From an uncultured virus (IMG/VR IMGVR_UViG_3300001525_000359) (lineage: Duplodnaviria > Heunggongvirae > Uroviricota > Caudoviricetes): a DNA stretch of 64,000 bases. The position numbers and the translations under genes were made by a program. The notes beneath the pieces were generated by a model, which saw nothing but the letters and a program-made list of their open reading frames with translations, made no database searches and had not been told where the DNA came from. Positions 56,667 through 64,000 of the stretch are shown piece after piece (positions within the stretch are counted from its first letter, which is position 1; each line of letters begins with the position of its first letter). The stretch is taken from IMG/VR virus record IMGVR_UViG_3300001525_000359; one strand, 5' to 3'.

Positions 56667-57178
56667 TTTGCAAGAAGATAGTTTTTCTTGACTTTGATGG
56701 TGTAGTGACAAACTACAATGATGAGTTTGGCAGCTATGTGACACATGAAGCTGCATTCTACGGGCCATCTGAGTCAAACATAAAGCGACTGAGAGCTCTA
56801 TGTGAGAAGACAGGAGCTAAAGTCATTGTCACTTCTAACTGGCGAAAGTTTGCTGATGATGGAAGATGCTCTTTCTGGACATGGAGAGAGCAGCAGAAGA
56901 CTGTTCAGAATCCATTGCCAAAGCTTAAGAAGCAGATTGGTGACTTGATACTGTGCACATTGCCTAAAGTGAGGCATTGTATAAAGAGTGATGTCTTGAA
57001 GATGTGGCTTGAAGATGAGGGCATTGACTTGTCAATCTTGAAGTTTGTCATTTTCGATGATGACGAGCGAGAAGGCTTCCAGAATGTGCCCGAGTTCAAG
57101 AGCAACTTCATCAAGACAAATCCAGAGCATGGCATCACTAATGAAGATGTTGAGAATGCAGTTAAGCTGCTAAATTAA
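56663..57178 (+). CDS. HAD-family phosphatase (RNA-repair associated type)
   Basis: FLDFDGV, IVTSNWR, FVIFDD, G..IT. Confidence 0.8.
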   Translation: MICKKIVFLDFDGVVTNYNDEFGSYVTHEAAFYGPSESNIKRLRALCEKTGAKVIVTSNWRKFADDGRCSFWTWREQQKTVQNPLPKLKKQIGDLILCTLPKVRHCIKSDVLKMWLEDEGIDLSILKFVIFDDDEREGFQNVPEFKSNFIKTNPEHGITNEDVENAVKLLN

Positions 57179-57526
57179 GAAAAACTACAAGAAACATAAC
57201 TATGTTTAAGTTTGATGGTGAGACACGTCGTCACTATGTGTTAAGCACTGTTAATGCACTGCGTGATGAGATCAACACAGAGCAGAGTAAGTTCATTGCT
57301 TCTACAGAAGAGATGCATCTGAATGAAGGTTTTGGCTACAAACTTATTGTGAAGCCAAATGAAGCAAATGATGCACATGCATCAAACATTGAGATGTTCT
57401 ATGTCATGCACAACTACATCCAGGACATGCTAAACTATCTTTTCAACAAGCATATTGATGTAAGTGCATTCATTGATGACAATGAATTGACACTTGAGTT
57501 TCAAGTAGTGAGCTCATTCTAAGCCT

Positions 57527-58273
57527 ATGGATGAGATCTTTTCTAAGATAAGAGAGTTTGAGAAGCAGCATCCACAATTTGCAATTGCATATGGTGGTGA
57601 TGGCACTGTGCTAGACTGTGTCGAGAAGACACATGGCAAGAAAGTTATCTTTCCATTTCGTAACTATGCATTATGCAAGAAGCATGAGCATTGCCTTGAA
57701 GACTTCTTAGCTGGAAAAGATGGGCCAGACTTGAAGCAGACACAATGCTTCTTCATGAAGTATGAGCTTCAGATGAAGAATGCTGTTGAGAAGATGTCAG
57801 ACAAAGGCATTGCTGAAGTTGTCTTGAAGAGTGCAAATGCTACTGAAGCATTGCGTTTCAATGTGCATATAAATGGCAAGCTTGCTTTGGTGAATGTTGT
57901 TGCAGATGGCGTCGTCATTGCATCCAAATATGGCTCGACTGGCTACTTCAAGTCATTGACAAGGACAATGTTCACGACGGATGCTTTTGGCGTAGCTTTC
58001 ATTGCACCTTCTCAGAATGTCTCGAATCTTGTTTTAGACTGCACATCTAAAGTGCGTCTAGAGCTTCTTAGAGATGCAAATGTGTCTATATGTGTAGACA
58101 AAAAGCAACAGCAACTAAAGATGTCTAAAGGTGACTCGATGCAAGTAGTGCAGATTCCAGAATCTGTTGCATTATTTGGGCTAGAAGAGTTTCATTGCTA
58201 TGAGTGCAGGAAGCTTAGACATAGCATTGTAGAAGCAGGTGCAGATTTGCAGGATCAATATCTAATAGGTTAA
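57527..58273 (+). CDS. NAD kinase-like protein
   Basis: YGGDGT, ADGVVIAS..GSTGY..S. Confidence 0.8.
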   Translation: MDEIFSKIREFEKQHPQFAIAYGGDGTVLDCVEKTHGKKVIFPFRNYALCKKHEHCLEDFLAGKDGPDLKQTQCFFMKYELQMKNAVEKMSDKGIAEVVLKSANATEALRFNVHINGKLALVNVVADGVVIASKYGSTGYFKSLTRTMFTTDAFGVAFIAPSQNVSNLVLDCTSKVRLELLRDANVSICVDKKQQQLKMSKGDSMQVVQIPESVALFGLEEFHCYECRKLRHSIVEAGADLQDQYLIG

Positions 58274-58380
58274 TGCATATGATGAATTTTGTTGCAGCCA
58301 TTGGCATTGCATATGCAATTGGGCTAGTCATCTGGCTAATGTTTGAAGCACGTTAAGAAAAGCAAGTACAATATCACTAT

Positions 58381-58959
58381 ATGAAGATACGTTCAGATTT
58401 CGTGAGCAACTCAAGCTCAAGCTCGTTTGTCTTGTGGAACAGCAGTGGTGATGCAAAGCTGTTTCTTGAGAAGTTTGCTGAGATGTTTGCTGGAGCATAT
58501 ATGCCATGGGACTTGAACAGTGCACTGTCTGTGTATGTCAACACGACGCATAGATGGTTCAATGATGTCGCAATTGCGTTGCTTGACAAAGATAAAGCAA
58601 AGAAAGCAATTGCTGAACATGACAGGTACTTGAATGACTATGCTGGAGGTGTAGCTAATGTTGATTTAGATGGTGTTGCATATGACAATATTCATTTTCC
58701 GTTCAGCGACTTGGCAGACAAATATGATGAATTGCTGAGTGTAGCAGACAAGATCAATTCACTTTACTTTGAAGCGCAAGATGAGTATAATTCGAATGAC
58801 TTGACTGAGCTTAGAAAGATGTACTCATTCTGCAAAGATTTGGATTGCTGTCCAGACTGCTCGATATCTGAACGTGACTTCTTGAGCAATGATGATGAGA
58901 ACAACATTTTCTACCAGAAGATGAGAGAGTTGCATAAGTTGAAGATAGGATCAAAATGA
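58381..58959 (+). CDS. MKIRxDFVSNSSSSSF-family protein, copy 1
   Basis: N-terminal motif. Confidence 0.7.
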   Translation: MKIRSDFVSNSSSSSFVLWNSSGDAKLFLEKFAEMFAGAYMPWDLNSALSVYVNTTHRWFNDVAIALLDKDKAKKAIAEHDRYLNDYAGGVANVDLDGVAYDNIHFPFSDLADKYDELLSVADKINSLYFEAQDEYNSNDLTELRKMYSFCKDLDCCPDCSISERDFLSNDDENNIFYQKMRELHKLKIGSK

Positions 58960-59440
58960 GAGAAGACGTGACAACTGAGATTAGTAAGACAAATGGATTC
59001 ACTTGGACAGTGAAGTACTTGAATGAGTTCAATGAGCCATATTACTCAACAAATGACAAAGATCTGTGCAGGCATCTTGATGTCAATGAGTGGGAGACAG
59101 GCTCAAAAGAGAAAGCATTGTCAATTGCAAGAGATCTGCTTGATGTCCCCGAAGCTGAGCTGACATTTGATGCAGTGAAGAAAGACTTTGATGGCATGGA
59201 TGTCAGTGAGAAGAAGCTTGTCCAGATTCAAGACTACTATAATGGAAGATATGCACTTTTCAACACAATGAAAAGTGACTTGTCATGCTTTGATGCTGAT
59301 GCATGCAGCACTTTGCACACATTTCACTATGACATTCCAGAGAAGTACAACACATTCAATGTAGTGCCTGAGAATGACAATGACTGCAAACAGATAAGTG
59401 GCTACATTGAGATGACATTCAAAAGAGCGTAAGATGGCAA

Positions 59441-60328
59441 ATGCAGACTGATGAAGAGAAGCTAACTTAGTTGAAGTAGTTTGAAGAAGAGCTGACTTAG
59501 CTCTGTCCAGACTTGTATTTTGACAAGCAACATCTAGCATATTGCCCAAAGTATGGCTGGATGGATGTTGTCAAGAGCATGTCATTGAAGCTTCAGATGC
59601 TAAATGTTGAGCTGAAGCAATATGGTGTGCATATCGTCATATAGCAATGCAAAGACAAGTTCGGGATGTTGAGAGTGTATGCAGATGCATTTGTGATGAT
59701 GCCTGCATATGCTAAGCTGCTTATAGATACATCTGACTATGCATGCAGATAGCTTTAGCAGCATTTTGACTTCAAGATGAAGACTGTCGTTGACATGCCT
59801 TCATATGTCAAGCTTCTTGAAGAAGAGATCAGTGAAGCTGAGTTTGAGAGATGCAGCAAATATCCAGCTTCAAACGTCAAGTTTGTGAAGAAAGATGGGA
59901 AGTTCTTCAGGTAGGGGTCATATTAGACATTTAGAGTGACACATCAAGAAGCTACTCAGCATAAGCTTGCATATGCATTGTCATCTGCATTTTCATCTCT
60001 CTCATAGAGGATTAGCAGATGGCATCAAGGGAGAAAGCATACATCTAAGCAAGAGTTTGCACTGCAATATGGTGACATGTTGTGCTCTAAGATCATAGAA
60101 GAAGCTGAAGAAGCAACTGCTATGATATGTGAGTCATGTGGCGGCGAGCTTAGTAAGTCAGGATTCAACAGACGTTGCGTTACACGCGGCTGGGTCAGGA
60201 ACTTATGTCCCACATGTGCAGAGAGATCTGGTGTTGAGTTCTTTGTAGATGGTGAACTTCATAAAGGCTAGAAGTGTATCCTATCAAAAGAAGACACTTA
60301 GAAGAAGTTCGGAGAGCATCCTCAATGA
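59441..60328 (+). CDS. phage hypothetical protein with C-terminal zinc ribbon, 11 in-frame TAG
   Basis: GW..V, QCKDKFGMLRVY, ICESCG, GWVRNLCPTC all in one frame when TAG is sense. Confidence 0.75.
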
Positions 60329-60924
60329 AAAGACGTCTAGATTTCGTCAGCAACTCAAGCTCAAGTTCATTCATAGTCATAAATGACTATGGGAAATATG
60401 TTGATGGCACAAGCATTGGTGAAATGCCAGAAGAATGCATTTAGTTGCCATGTGACAATGGCTGCACAGAGTTCAGCTGGCAAGTAGATAAGTACTATGA
60501 TGTGTTCTCTAAGCTGAATTGGGCCGCACTAGTAGTATTGTCGTAGATCAGGATCGAGAAGAATGAGACTGATGAAGACAGGCTTAAATCTGCTATAAAT
60601 GCACCATGGCGTAGAGCAAAAGACATGGAGAAGATGTTGAAGAATGTTTGCAAACAACATCTTGGTGTCAATGTAAAGCTACGTAAAGCAGAATGGCGTA
60701 AAGACTATCTTTTAGTTGGCTACATTGATCATCAAAGTGACATTGTAGAGTCACCAGAAAATGCACGAATGTTCATGTCTGAGAAGATGTTAGCTGACTT
60801 CTTGTTCAATGACGCTTCTTACATAAGGAACTCAAATGACAGTAATGACAATGATGAAGATCTTGTGTATGATGAGAAGATTGGTGACTACGTTATATTT
60901 CATCCAAGGGACTACACAAGATGA
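60325..60924 (+). CDS. FVSNSSSSSF-family protein, copy 2 (2 in-frame TAG)
   Basis: MKRRLDFVSNSSSSSF in frame with ORF 60625; ATGA overlaps at both ends. Confidence 0.75.
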
Positions 60925-61802
60925 AGATACGTTTAGATTTTGTGAGCAACTCAAGCTCAAGCTCATTTGTAGTTGCAGTCAGTGAGAATGTCTCATTAGC
61001 AGACTTTTGCAAGACATTTGCTGATGCATGTGCAGATGATGAAACTGATGTGTAGCTTAAAGAGTAGAACATCATTAGGCTAAGATATTGTTTGTCTGAG
61101 AATGTCTTGCTTCATCTTGGCTGGCTTTTCATAAAGAAGACTGAGTCGGTTTTCGATGAAGATCATTATGCTCAAGATGGTGAGAACATTTCAGATGAAG
61201 ACACTAAGTACTGGCGGTCTATGGTTGCTGAGCACAAAGATTGCATTGCAAAGTTTGCTGAAGTGAAAGACAAGCCAGAGACAGAGTAGTACAAAGAGTT
61301 TGAGATCTACAAAGATGATTATGTTGATGAAAATGGCAAAGTGCACATGATTGAAGAGATCTGGAGTGGACGACATGCTGTCCCAAAACACTTTATGCTT
61401 AATTCATTTGTCTTCAACAGACATGAAGACTTTGTAAGCAAAGAGCTAGAAGATGACTCGAAGAGAATGCGCATTCAGCATATGCAGAAAGTCGGTGAAG
61501 TGCATTTCAAAGATGGCGATGTGATGTCTGAGCCAAAGACATATGAGATCACTATGGACACCATCTTGAACACAAGAGAGCTTATTGATGCTGGGCTTAA
61601 GATAAAGTTCGATGATTGGGAGAAAGACATTGACAAGCTTGAGCATATGCTAGCTGAAGGGAAAAAGCTCTATGTCATTCAGCATAATCATTCTGGGTGC
61701 GGGATGCTTTCAGATGGTGTCTACTCAAGCTATGATATGGATGCTAAGACAAAGCTTGAAGATGACAAAGACATTGCCATATTGAGTTAGGAGGACTACT
61801 GA
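60921..61802 (+). CDS. FVSNSSSSSF-family protein, copy 3 (4 in-frame TAG)
   Basis: Joins ORFs 61092 and 61341; ends in a TGATG overlap. Confidence 0.75.
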
Positions 61803-62116
61803 TGAAAATTAAGCTTGAAGACTTGAGAAAATGCAGCTAGTATGATAAGTTGTTGCTGAATGAAGATATGCATTGGTAGTTTCTTGACTCATGGTTGTTT
61901 ACTGACTGGCGACATACTGATAACTTTCCTGGAGAAGAATGCATTGCTGAGGGAGTTGTCTTGATTGATGCAGATGAGAGCTATGCAGCAGAGTTAGTTC
62001 TTATAAAGCATAATGACTTAAATCAGATGTCAGCAATGGTGTATTTGAAGAAAGATGCAAATGCAGTTGCTTGGGACAGCAGCGCAAACATAGTTTCAAT
62101 TGAGAAAGAGAACTGA
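61802..62116 (+). CDS. hypothetical protein (2 in-frame TAG)
   Basis: GGAGG RBS, ATG in frame with ORF 61895. Confidence 0.65.
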
Positions 62117-62122
62117 AAGAAG

Positions 62123-62689
62123 ATGAAGAGCAAGAAGCCTAATAAGAAAGATGCAAACAGCGTAAAGAAGAAAGTTGCATCTAGCAAGAAGAGCAAAAAG
62201 TCAAGCAAGTCAATTGCAAAAGACAAGCTGAAGAAACTGATAACGCCATCAAGGAAGAAGCAATTAGAAGAAGCTGCAGTTGATGAGATGCGAGATGCAT
62301 TGTCAAATGACTTGAGTGTGAAATCAGAGTCAGGCAATGAGTACAGGCTTACACCTAAAGGCATTTTGCTTGCAGTGTTAGATAAGTACTATGGTGCAGG
62401 TGAAGACTTGAAGACATTTGATGACTTCATGAAGGACTTATGCCAGCACCTGTCTATGCTAGCAACAAATGACTCGCAATATGACATGTTTGGTGATGAC
62501 TTCAACTCTTTATTCGACATGCTTGTGTCGTCAATGAACTTGTCTGGAAAGATGAAAGAGATTCTTGATGAGAATGGCATTGAGTTCAATGTTACAGAGT
62601 TTCTAGAGAACATCAACTCAGACTGCACAGACAAGTCAGCTGATGACAAAGATGATGACAGCAATTTCATGCCAAAACGAAAGAAGTGA
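62123..62689 (+). CDS. hypothetical protein, Lys-rich N-terminus
   Basis: 188-aa ORF; hairpin plus T-tract at about 62715-62743. Confidence 0.65.
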   Translation: MKSKKPNKKDANSVKKKVASSKKSKKSSKSIAKDKLKKLITPSRKKQLEEAAVDEMRDALSNDLSVKSESGNEYRLTPKGILLAVLDKYYGAGEDLKTFDDFMKDLCQHLSMLATNDSQYDMFGDDFNSLFDMLVSSMNLSGKMKEILDENGIEFNVTEFLENINSDCTDKSADDKDDDSNFMPKRKK

Positions 62690-62782
62690 GTAAAATATAG
62701 TTGAAGTTGGTTGCTGGATGCAAATCGTGCATCCAGATTTTTTAGTGAAATGAGCATTTGACAACAAAGAGACAAAAAGAAT

Positions 62783-63313
62783 ATGGTATACGAAACAGAC
62801 GATCATATAGTCAGAGACATCGGTGAGTATTCAGTGATACTTCATCAAGTGAACACAAAGGGTGTAATGCAGCAAGGCATTAGCATGGCATTGAGCAAGC
62901 AGTTTCCCAACTGGTATCCTGACTACCATGGCTACTGTGGCTGGTTTGACAAAGATGGCTCAATGAACTTTCTACATAAAGACTACACTGAAGACATCAT
63001 TGGGACATGGCATCGCTATCCAGTTCCTGGACGCAATGTGATAATCTGCTCTGCATTTGGACAGCGTGGTGCAGGGAAAGAGTATGTGCAGACAGATCTT
63101 GAAGCATGGGAAAAGATCATCAAGAAGCTTGTCTTGCAGACTAGACGTGTCAACAAGATCCAGCCGGAAGGTAAGAAGTGGACAATTCATGTTCCAGCCA
63201 ACTTGGGATGTCTTGGTAGAGACTATGACAACTCTGAGCTGATGGACATGCTGAATGATGCATTTGCGAAGTCAGATGATGACTTGTACATTCATGAGAG
63301 AGTGGTGTATTGA
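62783..63313 (+). CDS. macro-domain protein (Poa1p/TARG1-like)
   Basis: ILHQVNTKGVMQQGIS..L...FP, FGQ, IHVP..LGC. Confidence 0.75.
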   Translation: MVYETDDHIVRDIGEYSVILHQVNTKGVMQQGISMALSKQFPNWYPDYHGYCGWFDKDGSMNFLHKDYTEDIIGTWHRYPVPGRNVIICSAFGQRGAGKEYVQTDLEAWEKIIKKLVLQTRRVNKIQPEGKKWTIHVPANLGCLGRDYDNSELMDMLNDAFAKSDDDLYIHERVVY

Positions 63314-63846
63314 GTTCAATTGATCATCATGTTGTATACTGTGAAGTGTCTACTATGTATGAGAAGCATTTTAGGCACTTTGGTGCAGTTGAAGTGTCAA
63401 ATGTGTTTGCATATGCAATATTAAGCAAATCTGTGAATGACATAATGTTGTCGGATGACATGATTCATTATTCATACATAGATGACAATAATAGGAAATA
63501 TGCATTGTTCACATTTGAGGATGATGATGAGTTTGTCAATGTTGTTTAGAAAGTTGAAGTTGAGTTCTTTAAGCATTTCTTTGTTGCAATTCAAGATGTG
63601 AAGACAATTGATGACTTGAACATCACAAAGATCAACTAGGCAAACTCATACATCAATGCAATGTCAGAGTATTTGTTTGATGAATGTGCTATAAGGTAGT
63701 TATTGCCACAACATAGAATAATGCTTAAGCAAGCGATAGATGTCTTGAAGACATATTTGCATAAGTTGTCATATGCAAAGATATAGTTAGATGACGCAAT
63801 GTACATATATGACAACATGATCGACATGAAAGTCATAAGAAAGTGA
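63310..63846 (+). CDS. hypothetical protein (4 in-frame TAG)
   Basis: Frame stays open to TGA 63844-63846 if TAG is sense. Confidence 0.6.
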
Positions 63847-64000
63847 AATTTAGATTAACATGAGTGGAAGCTCTTCATAGAAGCTAGCTGGTGCTTTAGG
63901 GCAATGCTTTGCAGATGCTAACATACAACGACATTTCAATGTTGACACATCATTTCACTACTATGATGTTGTTGACAAGAATATGCATATTGACATAATG

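Noticed and set aside
51574..63846. Mass pseudogenisation of the right-hand genes
   Set aside because: All interruptions are TAG, never TAA/TGA or frameshifts, and the read-through frames abut neighbours precisely
1..64000. Complete diversity-generating retroelement
   Set aside because: No reverse transcriptase motifs and no near-identical TR/VR pair differing at adenines were seen here; it may lie outside the window
1..64000. tRNA genes, including an amber suppressor
   Set aside because: No cloverleaf with a T-loop consensus recognised by eye; tRNAscan-SE or ARAGORN would be needed

Overview
A 64-kb segment of a large (jumbo-type) bacteriophage genome. Every credible gene lies on the + strand and no structural or replication genes are recognisable. 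Three things stand out. (1) TAG is read as a sense codon, probably Gln, in a subset of genes: in-frame TAGs interrupt Thg1, a TIGR02328-like protein, an ADP-ribosyltransferase-like protein and others. (2) About 75 tiny genes (by hand count; mostly 43-65 aa) share the pattern W-x-L-R-S...G...[SP]-A-C-[MIV]-I-stop, i.e. the isolated C-terminal module of a DUF6273-type domain. About 60 form a translationally coupled, leaderless, promoter-punctuated array at 26.1-37.0 kb. One gene (9969-10517) encodes the matching DUF6273 body but ends just before that module, suggesting a split scaffold plus a library of variable modules. (3) About 30 copies of one promoter motif (TGTCCA-N17-TATRAT, usually with extended TG) organise the left 47 kb. 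Other content: a split adenine methyltransferase with a nuclease-like gene, MoxR AAA+ and VWA genes, an SPFH protein, an M48 peptidase, several paralog families, and an RNA-repair/translation block (Rnl1-like ligase, phosphoesterase, Thg1, Pth2, IF3, HAD, NAD kinase, macro domain). All family calls come from motif recognition by eye, not database searches.
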